From Terriglobales bacterium (lineage in GTDB: Bacteria; Acidobacteriota; Terriglobia; Terriglobales; SCQP01), in NCBI GenBank assembly GCA_050747745.1, contig JBOGKM010000110.1:40587-104586 (forward strand): DNA of 64,000 bases. Reading direction: 5' to 3'. A program made the position numbers and the translations under genes. Of this stretch, positions 9,219 to 17,601 are shown one piece after another (the stretch's first letter is position 1; each line of letters begins with the position of its first letter). The notes beneath the pieces were generated by a model. That model made no database searches and was not told the DNA's origin. It saw only the letters and a program-made list of their open reading frames with translations.

Positions 9219-11560
9219 TTCTGCACCACAATGGTGGCGGGTGCCAGCGCCAGCGATTGCGGCTTGCCGTCGGGTCCGCGCGCGCCCAGGCGGGTCACCG
9301 AGAGCCGCGAGGTGCCCGCGGCTTTGGCGATGAAGGTCACCGTCACCACCGGCCCCGATCCGGAAATGCCGCTCGCCCCGGAGGGCCGGCTGAGGCTGAC
9401 CTGCGCCGTGCCGCTGGCCGCATCCACGGTATGCACCAGCGCCGGGGAAGCGCCGCCGCGCTCCAGGAATCCGCCCAGCCGCATGGACGAAAGCTGTAGC
9501 GCGTTGGGATTGAAGTTGAGCTGGAAGCTTAGCGCATAGGCGTTGTGGACATTGCGCAGATCCAGTTGCACCTGGAATTTCTGGCCCGCGCGGACCTGCC
9601 GCGTCGCCGGCGCCACCACCAGCGCCGCTGCGTTCGGCGCCGGAGCAGGCGCCGCTATCGCGGGAGTGGTGGGCGCCGCCACGCTGGCGCCGGGAGCGGC
9701 TTGAGCGGGCGGCAGCTCCAGCAGATGGACGTTGTCCTGCGTACCCGTGTAGAGCGAACGCAGATCGCCGGGCGTGATGTCCAGGCTGTGGACGATGTGG
9801 GGCGTGAGGATGATGAGAATTTCCTGTTTCGTCTTTTCATCTTGGGTGCTGGAAAAAAGCCACTTGAACACCGGGATGCGGCTCAAGCCCGGCAGGCCCT
9901 CGACGTTGTGGGTGACCACGGTTTGCATCAGGCCGCCGAGGACGGCACTCTGGCCGTTGGCGAGCTCGATGGTGTGCTGAATTTCGTTGTTGCCGATGAT
10001 GGGCTGCTCGATGCCGCCGAGGTTGGTGTAGCTGTCCACGCTGGAGATGGTGATGTCTTCCTTCAACAGGACCGATTTGTCGCCCTGAACCTGCGGTGTC
10101 ATCTTGATGATCACGCCCACCTGGTCGTAGCTGAATTGGGTGTTGACCAGCGGGTTGATGCCCACCCCGCCTACGCCCGGCTGGAAGCTGCCGGTGGCGA
10201 TCGGAATTTTCTCGCCGATATCGAGCGAGGCCTGCTGCCCCTGGATGGCGCGCAATTGCGGTTCCTGGATGGTTTGCGTGCTGGCGTTGCTGAGCAGGGC
10301 GTTGAGGGTGGCGTTGGGAATGGTGACGGTGAAATTCTGGCTATTGAGATGGGTGAGCTCGTTGAGGGTGGGCGAGTTGGTGGTCGGGGTGGTACCGGTC
10401 GTGCTGGAACTGGAAGTCGTGGAAGTCGAGGATTGCGGCGCTTGAAGACCGATACCGAAGCTGGTGGGCGGCTCGAAGCCGAGCTCGCGCTTCCAGTCGC
10501 TGCTGACCTGGAGAATGCGCACATCCACGACAACTTCGGGCGGTTCCTTGTCCAGATCGTCAATCAACCGCTGGACCATGGCGACCTTGTCGGGCGTATC
10601 GCGCATGACCAGCGCGTCAATGCTGGACACGGGCATGATGTGCGGTTGGGGCTGCATCAGGCCGCGAATGGCCGCGGCAAGCTGGTTCAGGTCGGTCGGC
10701 TGTTCCACGTTTTTGATGTAGAACACCTTGAGCACGGTCGGATCCACCTGCTCATGGTTCTGGCGGTTGTTGGTTGCCACCAGGATGGTGTTGGGCGTGA
10801 TGGGCGTATAAAAGCTGTTGGTCTCGACATCAAGCACGCGCAGGATTTGCAGCAGCGATAGGTCGTGCAGCGTGAGCGAGACGCGGATGGTGTTGTTGTA
10901 GCCGCCGCCCTGGCTGGAGTTGTCGAAAATGACGTTCAGCCCCGCCAGTTTTCCGGCCGCCAGATAAGCGTTTTTGGAGTCGGTGTTGACGGTAAAGTTC
11001 TGGATCAGGGTGTTGGCTACCGGTCCCAGCTCCACCGGCCCCGCCGCACGCGCCAGCCGCTCCTGCAAGCTGTTGATGCTGGACTCACCCACCGGCTCAC
11101 CCGGCAGAGGCGGCGGGGGATGAAGAATGTTTTCAATCTCCTGAATTTGCTGGCCGGCGATGAAGTTGGCGGGATCAATGAAGGCGGCCAGGCGCAACTG
11201 CTGCATCGCCTGGGAATACTTTTTATCGGCCTTGAGCGCCATGCCGTGCCGGATGTGCGCATTGGCCGCGGCGAACTGCGCCCGCTCGGTGGCGATCTGA
11301 TACTCGACGTTGTCGGGCGACAATTGCATCGCCTTTTTAAAATCCACGTAGGCCTGGTCCAGCTTGCCTTGCGTGAGCGACATCGTGCCGTGGCGATAAT
11401 AGGGCTCGCCCTTGTCGCCGGCATGCAACTGCGGCGTGGCAACGCCGAAGGCCAGCATCACCGCCAGCAGGCACACATAGGATTTGGCGGAAGAAGACCG
11501 GGACAAGAAGCTCCGACGACGACAGGACCGGAGGCGGGTATGTTTTGGCCAGTCTAGCAT
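9215..11560 (-). CDS. Secretin (GspD/PilQ family) with N-terminal TPR region and C-terminal cohesin-like domain
   Basis: Secretin core GGLMQTVVTHNVEGLPGLSRIPVFKWLFSS..ILIILTPHIV. TPR-like helices lie near the N-terminus (KLDQAYVDFKKAMQLSPDN..). The last ~140 aa look cohesin-like (GQKFQVQLDLRNVHNAYALSFQLNFNPNALQL..GSGPVVTVTFIAKAAGTS). I place the start at ATG 11560 (basic n-region plus hydrophobic YVCLLAVMLAFGVATPQLHA). The ORF extension to 11914 overlaps smpB and looks spurious. ATG 11638 is an alternative start. Confidence 0.85.
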   Translation of the reverse strand: MLDWPKHTRLRSCRRRSFLSRSSSAKSYVCLLAVMLAFGVATPQLHAGDKGEPYYRHGTMSLTQGKLDQAYVDFKKAMQLSPDNVEYQIATERAQFAAANAHIRHGMALKADKKYSQAMQQLRLAAFIDPANFIAGQQIQEIENILHPPPPLPGEPVGESSINSLQERLARAAGPVELGPVANTLIQNFTVNTDSKNAYLAAGKLAGLNVIFDNSSQGGGYNNTIRVSLTLHDLSLLQILRVLDVETNSFYTPITPNTILVATNNRQNHEQVDPTVLKVFYIKNVEQPTDLNQLAAAIRGLMQPQPHIMPVSSIDALVMRDTPDKVAMVQRLIDDLDKEPPEVVVDVRILQVSSDWKRELGFEPPTSFGIGLQAPQSSTSTTSSSSTTGTTPTTNSPTLNELTHLNSQNFTVTIPNATLNALLSNASTQTIQEPQLRAIQGQQASLDIGEKIPIATGSFQPGVGGVGINPLVNTQFSYDQVGVIIKMTPQVQGDKSVLLKEDITISSVDSYTNLGGIEQPIIGNNEIQHTIELANGQSAVLGGLMQTVVTHNVEGLPGLSRIPVFKWLFSSTQDEKTKQEILIILTPHIVHSLDITPGDLRSLYTGTQDNVHLLELPPAQAAPGASVAAPTTPAIAAPAPAPNAAALVVAPATRQVRAGQKFQVQLDLRNVHNAYALSFQLNFNPNALQLSSMRLGGFLERGGASPALVHTVDAASGTAQVSLSRPSGASGISGSGPVVTVTFIAKAAGTSRLSVTRLGARGPDGKPQSLALAPATIVVQK

Positions 11561-11644
11561 GGGTGGACAGAGTGCCTTTATCCTCAAAGGAACTGCCGCC
11601 GCGGGCTTCCGTTCCGGAATATTTCCCTGCGGTAGCATTGAGGA

Positions 11645-12121
11645 GTGGCGGACGCGCGCACTCAGGCTCAGAAAAACATCAGCGAAAACCGCCAGGCGCG
11701 CCACAGCTACGAGCTGCTGGAGCGCTGGGAAGCCGGCATCGCCCTCACCGGCGGCGAAGTGAAATCGCTGCGCGAAGGTCAAGTGCAACTCAAGGATAGC
11801 TACGGCCTGCTGCGCGAAGGGCAGCTCTGGCTGCTGAACTGCCACATCAGTCCCTACAAGAACGCCGGCTACGCCCTGCACGATCCCGGCCGCAGCCGGC
11901 GCTTGCTGCTGCATCGCGCCGAACTGGAGCGGCTACAAGGCAAGGTGCGCGAAAAAGGACTGACATTGATCCCGCTGCGCCTCTACTGGAAAAATGGCCG
12001 CGTCAAGCTGGAGCTGGCGCTGGCCAAAGGCAAACAGCTTTATGACAAGCGCGCCACCGAACGGCGCCGCGAGGCCGAAGCCACCGCGCGTCAGGCAATG
12101 AAGGAGCGCGCGCGCCGCTAA
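11645..12121 (+). CDS. smpB: SsrA-binding protein
   Basis: IALTGGEVKSLREGQVQLKDSY, HISPY and a basic C-terminal tail. GTG start. Confidence 0.9.
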   Translation: MADARTQAQKNISENRQARHSYELLERWEAGIALTGGEVKSLREGQVQLKDSYGLLREGQLWLLNCHISPYKNAGYALHDPGRSRRLLLHRAELERLQGKVREKGLTLIPLRLYWKNGRVKLELALAKGKQLYDKRATERRREAEATARQAMKERARR

Positions 12122-12127
12122 CGAGTT

Positions 12128-13600
12128 ATGAATACCGAACTATTGCCCTCCGCCACCGGCCCACTGGCCCAGGTGGAAACAGAAGCGCTGGTCCTGCTGC
12201 TGGACGAAAAGCCGCCCAAGCTCGACCCCGCCATTGATCCGCTCGTCTCCGAGCTGGCCCAGACGCAGGAGTTTACCGGCAAAACCTTGGAGATTGCCGT
12301 GCTCCATCGTCCGGCGGGAATGAAAGCCACGCGTCTGGTGCTGGCCGGCAAGGGGAAAGCGCGCTGGGGAGTACTCGATGCTTGGCGGCTCGCGGGCGCG
12401 GTCGCGCGTCAGCTCAAGGGCAAAGGCGTCCATCAGATGACCGTGCTGCTGCCCGACGACCTGCCGCCCGCTGCCGCGGCCGCCGCCCTCGCCACCGGCG
12501 TCGCGTCGGCGAACTTCGAACCCGACACCTACAAGAGCGATCGCAAGCCCGAGCGCCAGATCACGCATCTGCAACTCATTGCGCCCAACGGCGCCGATCG
12601 CAAGGCGCTGGAGCAGGCGCTGCGCGAAGCCGCCATTTGCGCCCAGGCGCAGCGCTTCGCCCGCGATCTGGCCAACGAGCCGGGCAACCGCCTCACCCCC
12701 ACCATCCTGGGCCAGCGCGCGCAGGCGATGGCGCAAACGGCGGGCCTGGAGTGCGAACTGATCGGCCCTGAACGTGCGCGTGCGCTCAACATGGGCGCCT
12801 TCCTCGCCGTCTCGCAGGGCAGCGACGAGCCGCCCTGCATGATGGTGCTGCGCTATCGCGGCGGCGCCCAGGGCGGGCCCACGCTGGGCATCATCGGCAA
12901 GGGCATCACGTTTGATTCGGGCGGCATTTCCATCAAGCCCGCCGCCAACATGGACCAGATGAAGTTCGACATGTGCGGCGGTGCGGCCACGCTGGCGGCC
13001 ATGCAGGCGATTGCGGCGCTCAAGCTCAAGCTCAACGTCATCGGCGTGGTCGCGGCCAGCGAAAACATGCCCGGCGGGAGGGCGCAAAAGCCCGGAGACG
13101 TGCAAACCTCGATGTCAGGCAAAACCATCGAAGTGCTGAACACCGACGCGGAAGGCCGCATGGTCTTGTCCGATGCCATTCATTACGCCAAGACCTTGGG
13201 CGCGACGCATTTAATTGATTCCGCCACGCTGACCGGCTCGGTGGTGGTGGCGCTGGCCCACGTCAACACCGGCGTGTTCTCGAATGACGACGAGCTCTAC
13301 CGGCTCTTGCAGGCGGCGCTCAGCCGCAGCGGCGAAAAGATGTGGCGCCTGCCGCTCGACCAGGAATACTCGGACATGATCAAGGGCCACTGCGGCGATA
13401 TCCTCAACGCCGGCGGACGCTGGGGCGGCGCCATCACCGCCGCTGCCTTCCTGCAGGCCTTCGTGGGCGACACGCCCTGGGTCCATCTCGACATCGCCGG
13501 CACCGCCTGGCTGGAGGACAACAAACCCTGGATGCCGAAAGGCCCCACCGGCACGCCCACCTACACCCTGATCGAGTTCGCCCGCGAACTGGCCCGCTAG
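12128..13600 (+). CDS. pepA: Leucyl aminopeptidase (M17)
   Basis: M17 signature NTDAEGRMVLSDA, GKGITFDSGGISIKP and MKFDMCGGA. Confidence 0.9.
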   Translation: MNTELLPSATGPLAQVETEALVLLLDEKPPKLDPAIDPLVSELAQTQEFTGKTLEIAVLHRPAGMKATRLVLAGKGKARWGVLDAWRLAGAVARQLKGKGVHQMTVLLPDDLPPAAAAAALATGVASANFEPDTYKSDRKPERQITHLQLIAPNGADRKALEQALREAAICAQAQRFARDLANEPGNRLTPTILGQRAQAMAQTAGLECELIGPERARALNMGAFLAVSQGSDEPPCMMVLRYRGGAQGGPTLGIIGKGITFDSGGISIKPAANMDQMKFDMCGGAATLAAMQAIAALKLKLNVIGVVAASENMPGGRAQKPGDVQTSMSGKTIEVLNTDAEGRMVLSDAIHYAKTLGATHLIDSATLTGSVVVALAHVNTGVFSNDDELYRLLQAALSRSGEKMWRLPLDQEYSDMIKGHCGDILNAGGRWGGAITAAAFLQAFVGDTPWVHLDIAGTAWLEDNKPWMPKGPTGTPTYTLIEFARELAR

Positions 13601-13637
13601 GAACTGGCGGGCCGGATTAGAATTCTTTAAACGTTAC

Positions 13638-13653
13638 TGGCGGCTGAATTGCA
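13638..13653 (+). promoter_or_regulatory. Candidate sigma-54 (-24/-12) promoter upstream of flhA
   Basis: TGGCGG-CTGAA-TTGCA against consensus TGGCAC-N5-TTGCA. GG and GC have the correct 10-nt spacing. An AT-rich stretch lies just upstream. Confidence 0.55.
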
Positions 13654-13673
13654 GGGCAGAGCGTAGTCGAGCT

Positions 13674-15824
13674 ATGCTTGCGGCAGCCCATCCCAAGGTT
13701 CTGCGCGCCGCGCCCCCAGCCGGTGCGGGCGCGGCGGCCGCGCCAACTCCCGGGCCGGCCAAGGTCACCGGCTGGCTGCGCGTGCCTGCGCGGGCCATGG
13801 ATTGGACGCTGCCCATCGCCGCCGTGGCGTTGGTGGGCCTGCTGATCGTTCCCATTCCCGCCCTGGTGCTGGACATCCTGCTTACCCTCAGCATCGCCAC
13901 TTCGGTGCTGGTGCTGCTGGTCGCAGTGCAGATTTTGCGGCCGGTGCAGTTCAACGTCTTTCCCTCCCTGTTGCTGCTGCTGACCCTGTTCCGGCTGGCG
14001 CTGAACCTGGCCAGCAGCCGCCGCATTTTGCTGCACGGATCGGAGGGCATCTACGCCGCCGGCCACGTGATCGCGGCCTTCGGGCAGTTTGTCGTGGGCG
14101 GCAATTACGTGGTCGGATTCGTGATTTTCCTGGTGCTGATCGCCATTCAGTTCGTGGTGGTCAGCCACGGCGCGGTACGCACCGCCGAAGTGACAGCGCG
14201 CTTCACCCTGGATGCCCTGCCGGGCAAGCAGATGGCCATTGACGCCGATCTCAACGCCGGCCTCATCAACGAGCTGCAGGCGCGCGAGCGCCGGCAGGCG
14301 ATCGCCCGCGAAGCGGAATTTTACGGCGCCATGGACGGCGCCGCGCGTTTCAACCAGCGCGACGCCATCGCCACCATTCTCATCACCTCAATCAACATCA
14401 TCGCCGGGTTCCTGATCGGTGTGCTCCAACAGCACATGGCGTTTACCGAGGCGCTGAAAACCTACACCATCCTCACCGTCGGGGATGGCCTGGTCACGCT
14501 GATTCCCTCGCTGCTGGTTTCCGTCGCCGGCGCCATCGTGATCACGCGTGCCTCCTCCGATCACAGCCTGGGCACCGATCTGGGCTTGCAACTGCTGGCG
14601 CGGCCGCGCGCACTCTGGATCGCAGGCGCCACGCTGGGCGCGTTGGCCCTTATGCCGGGCCTGCCCAAGATGTCGTTTCTGACCCTGGGCGGGCTGCTGG
14701 TCTTTGGCGCGCACAAGTTGTCCAAAATGGCCGCCCAGGACCGATCCCCCGCCGCCGCCAGCGCCGGCAGCGCTGCGCCGGAGGCGCTGGAGCCGCTGCT
14801 CAAAGTCGAACCGCTGGCCTTGGAGGTGGGCTATGCGCTGGTGCCGCTGGTGGACGAAGCCCAGGGCGGCAAGCTGTTGGGCCGCATCCGCGCGCTGCGC
14901 AAGCAGCTGGCGCTGCAAATGGGTTTCATTATTCCCTCCATTCACATCACCGACAATCTGCAATTGCAGCCGCGCGAGTACGTCCTGTCGCTGCGGGGTG
15001 TTGAGATCGGCCGCTACGAAACCTACCAGAACTGCCTGCTGGCGATTCATTCCGGCATGCAGGCGCCGCCGCTTGAGGGCAAGGAAACGCTGGAGCCTGC
15101 CTTCGGCGTCGCCGCGCGCTGGATCCTGCCGCAGCAGCAGGAACAGGCGTTAGCGGACGGGTTTGCCGTGGTGGACCAGACCGCAGTCATGGCGACGCAC
15201 ATCGCCGAGCTGATCCGCCAGAACGCCCACGAACTGCTCACGCGCCAGGAAACCCAGCGCCTGCTGGACGCGATGAACGACAACCAGCCCAAGCTGGTCG
15301 AGGAATTGGTCCCGAAATTGCTGAGCTTAGGTGAGTTACAGAAAATTCTTCAGCAACTTCTAAGAGAGCACGTGTCCATCCGCGATTTACCCACCATTCT
15401 GGAAGCACTGATCGAGGCCGCCGGGGCCAAGAAGGGACCGGTGGGCATGATCGAGGCGGCGCGCCAGGCGCTGGGCCGGGCGCTGGTGCAACCGCTGCTG
15501 GCCGCCGATGGCAGCCTGCAAGTGATCACCCTGGCTGGTGCGCTGGAGGAGGAATTGCAGCGCGCCTTTGACCCGCAGGCGCAGCCGGCGCAACCGGCGC
15601 TGCCGGCGGTGGGCACGGTCAGCCTGGGCCGCCGCATTCTGGACGGGCTGAAGCGCTTCGCCTATGATCCGGCCGCGGGCGCGCCGCAAGTGCTGCTGTG
15701 CAGCTCCCCCGCGCGCTTCTATTTGCGCCGCATGCTGGAAGCCAACTGGCCGCGGCTGAGCGTGCTGGCGCCGGCGGAAATCCCGGCCAAGATTTCGGTC
15801 CACTCCCTGGGGACGGTCTCCTAA
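13674..15824 (+). CDS. flhA: Flagellar export apparatus protein FlhA
   Basis: FHIPEP-family sequence throughout (LLTLFRLALNLASSRRILL, GGNYVVGFVIFLVLIAIQFVV, FTLDALPGKQMAIDADL, ESAFYGAMDGA-like). The true start may be ATG 13797 (MDWTLPIAAV), because the predicted sigma-54 start site would leave only ~10 nt before 13674. Confidence 0.9.
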   Translation: MLAAAHPKVLRAAPPAGAGAAAAPTPGPAKVTGWLRVPARAMDWTLPIAAVALVGLLIVPIPALVLDILLTLSIATSVLVLLVAVQILRPVQFNVFPSLLLLLTLFRLALNLASSRRILLHGSEGIYAAGHVIAAFGQFVVGGNYVVGFVIFLVLIAIQFVVVSHGAVRTAEVTARFTLDALPGKQMAIDADLNAGLINELQARERRQAIAREAEFYGAMDGAARFNQRDAIATILITSINIIAGFLIGVLQQHMAFTEALKTYTILTVGDGLVTLIPSLLVSVAGAIVITRASSDHSLGTDLGLQLLARPRALWIAGATLGALALMPGLPKMSFLTLGGLLVFGAHKLSKMAAQDRSPAAASAGSAAPEALEPLLKVEPLALEVGYALVPLVDEAQGGKLLGRIRALRKQLALQMGFIIPSIHITDNLQLQPREYVLSLRGVEIGRYETYQNCLLAIHSGMQAPPLEGKETLEPAFGVAARWILPQQQEQALADGFAVVDQTAVMATHIAELIRQNAHELLTRQETQRLLDAMNDNQPKLVEELVPKLLSLGELQKILQQLLREHVSIRDLPTILEALIEAAGAKKGPVGMIEAARQALGRALVQPLLAADGSLQVITLAGALEEELQRAFDPQAQPAQPALPAVGTVSLGRRILDGLKRFAYDPAAGAPQVLLCSSPARFYLRRMLEANWPRLSVLAPAEIPAKISVHSLGTVS

Positions 15825-15827
15825 ACC

Positions 15828-16604
15828 ATGAACGCTGCTACCAGGCATTACGAGCACCCGCAGCCGCCCGACGCCGCCGAGCGCGAGCGTCTGTTGCTGG
15901 AGCATCTGCCGCAGGTGCGATATCTGGCGCGCCGCATCCACGAGCGGCTGCCGCAACAGGTCCTACTGGAGGACTTGGTGCAGGCGGGGGTGGTGGGACT
16001 GATTGACGCGCTGCACAAATACGATCCGGCACGCAACGCGCAACTCGGCACCTACGCCCGCTTCCGCATCCGCGGCGCCATTCTCGACAGCCTGCGCGCC
16101 CTGGACTGGAGTCCGCGCGAGCTGCGCCGCCAGGGTCGCGAACTGCAGGCCGCCGCCGCCGAGCTGCGCGACAAGCTGGGGCGCGCGCCCACGGAAGACG
16201 AAATCTGTCAGGCGCTGTCGCTGTCGCGGACGGAATACCAGCGGCTGCTGGCCGCCCTCGACCGGCTGGAGATGGACGGCGGACGCTCCGAACCCGACGC
16301 CCCGCCGGCGGTGGAAGCCGCCGTCAGTCCCGACCCGGATCCGTTCGACCTGTGCCAGCGGAATGAATCCAAGGCACTGCTGGCCAAGCTGATATCCGAG
16401 CTTCCGGAACGCGATCAGCAAATCCTCAGCCTGTATTACTTTGAAGAGCTGACCATGAAAGAGGTCGGACAGGTGCTGGGCATCGGCGAGAGCCGTATCT
16501 CGCAAATCCATTCCGCCCTGCTCACCCGGTTGCGCGCCAAGCTACGTGCGACCGTCCAGCCCATGGGCAAGTCCGAGGTGCGCTCGGCCGCGTTGCTGGG
16601 ATAA
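15828..16604 (+). CDS. fliA: Flagellar sigma factor FliA (sigma-28)
   Basis: Sigma-70 region 2 (LEDLVQAGVVGLIDALHKYDP..FRIRGAILD) and region 4 (LSLYYFEELTMKEVGQVLGIGESRISQIH). It starts 4 nt after the flhA stop. Confidence 0.85.
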   Translation: MNAATRHYEHPQPPDAAERERLLLEHLPQVRYLARRIHERLPQQVLLEDLVQAGVVGLIDALHKYDPARNAQLGTYARFRIRGAILDSLRALDWSPRELRRQGRELQAAAAELRDKLGRAPTEDEICQALSLSRTEYQRLLAALDRLEMDGGRSEPDAPPAVEAAVSPDPDPFDLCQRNESKALLAKLISELPERDQQILSLYYFEELTMKEVGQVLGIGESRISQIHSALLTRLRAKLRATVQPMGKSEVRSAALLG

Positions 16605-16616
16605 GGGAGCCTCGCC

Positions 16617-17594
16617 ATGGAACGCAGCCTCATCCAGGACGAAATCGACTTTCTCTTCCGTGCCGCGCGCGGCCTGCAGCCCGGCGGGATCCGCCGCCCG
16701 CGCCAGTTCATGCGCTGCGACTTCCGCCAGGCGGGTCAGATCACCCGCGAACAGGCGCGCGTGGTGGGGGGGCTGCACGAGAGCTTCGCCCGCAATCTGG
16801 CGCACGTGCTCGGTGCCCAATTGCGCACCCACCTGGAGGCTACGCTGGTGGCCATCGAGCAGTTGGGCTTCGAGGAGTTCGCCCAGCGCCTGCCGGAGGT
16901 TTGCTACGTGGCCTCGCTCGCCGTCAACCCCACCGGCGTCAGCGCCGCGCTGCAACTGGACCTGAGCCTGGCGTTTCCCATGATCGAGCTGGTGCTGGGG
17001 GGCAATGGCACCTCCGGACACGCGCCAACCGAAGTCACCGAAATCGAAGAACGGATTCTGGAAAGCATCGTCACGCTGATGGCGCGCGAGTTGCAGCAGG
17101 TGTGGCAGCCGGTGCTCGACCTGAGTTTCCGTTTCGATCATCGCCAGCCTATGGCGCAAATCCTGCGCCTCATGCCTCCGCACGAAAAAGTCCTGGCACT
17201 GGGATTTGAATTGCACTTGCCGGAGGCGCGCGGCATGCTCAACCTCGCCTTTCCGGCCGTGCTCTCGACCGGGCTGTTGCGCAAGCTGGCGGAATCGCCG
17301 GTGTACAACCGCCGTCAGGAGGACACCGACAACCGTCCGCGTCTGCGGCAGCGCCTGCTGGACGCGGCGTTCCCGCTGGAGCTGGTGCTGCCGGCGGCCA
17401 AAGTTCCCATCCGCCAACTGCTGGCGCTGGAAGCGGGCGAGGTGCTGCGTTTCGCCCACCCCACCGAACGTCCAGCGGAGTTGAAAATTGCCGGCCGCGC
17501 GGTGTGCGCCGCGCAGCCGGTGCGCCAGGGCCGCTTGCGGGCCGCATTGTTATCCACGCTGCCGCACGTGGTGCGGCCCGAACCAGGGAGCTGA
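16617..17594 (+). CDS. fliM: Flagellar motor switch protein FliM
   Basis: N-terminal LIQDEIDFLF (CheY-P-binding-type motif), CDFRQAGQITREQ, a central FliM domain and a C-terminal SpoA-like region. Confidence 0.85.
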   Translation: MERSLIQDEIDFLFRAARGLQPGGIRRPRQFMRCDFRQAGQITREQARVVGGLHESFARNLAHVLGAQLRTHLEATLVAIEQLGFEEFAQRLPEVCYVASLAVNPTGVSAALQLDLSLAFPMIELVLGGNGTSGHAPTEVTEIEERILESIVTLMARELQQVWQPVLDLSFRFDHRQPMAQILRLMPPHEKVLALGFELHLPEARGMLNLAFPAVLSTGLLRKLAESPVYNRRQEDTDNRPRLRQRLLDAAFPLELVLPAAKVPIRQLLALEAGEVLRFAHPTERPAELKIAGRAVCAAQPVRQGRLRAALLSTLPHVVRPEPGS

Positions 17595-17601
17595 GGAACA
17601 C

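Noticed and set aside
11561-11914. 5' extension of the secretin ORF to 11914
   Set aside because: It overlaps smpB on the opposite strand and encodes no signal peptide. A good basic-plus-hydrophobic signal sequence begins at ATG 11560.
17488-17601. Upstream extensions of fliN (17488), xerC (53095), the lipoprotein (48508), acyP (29487), the HPF-sigma gene (28915) and the cheY-like gene (63800)
   Set aside because: Each extension overlaps the end of the preceding well-supported gene and is Arg/Cys/Pro-rich junk. In each case an internal ATG gives the family-typical N-terminus.
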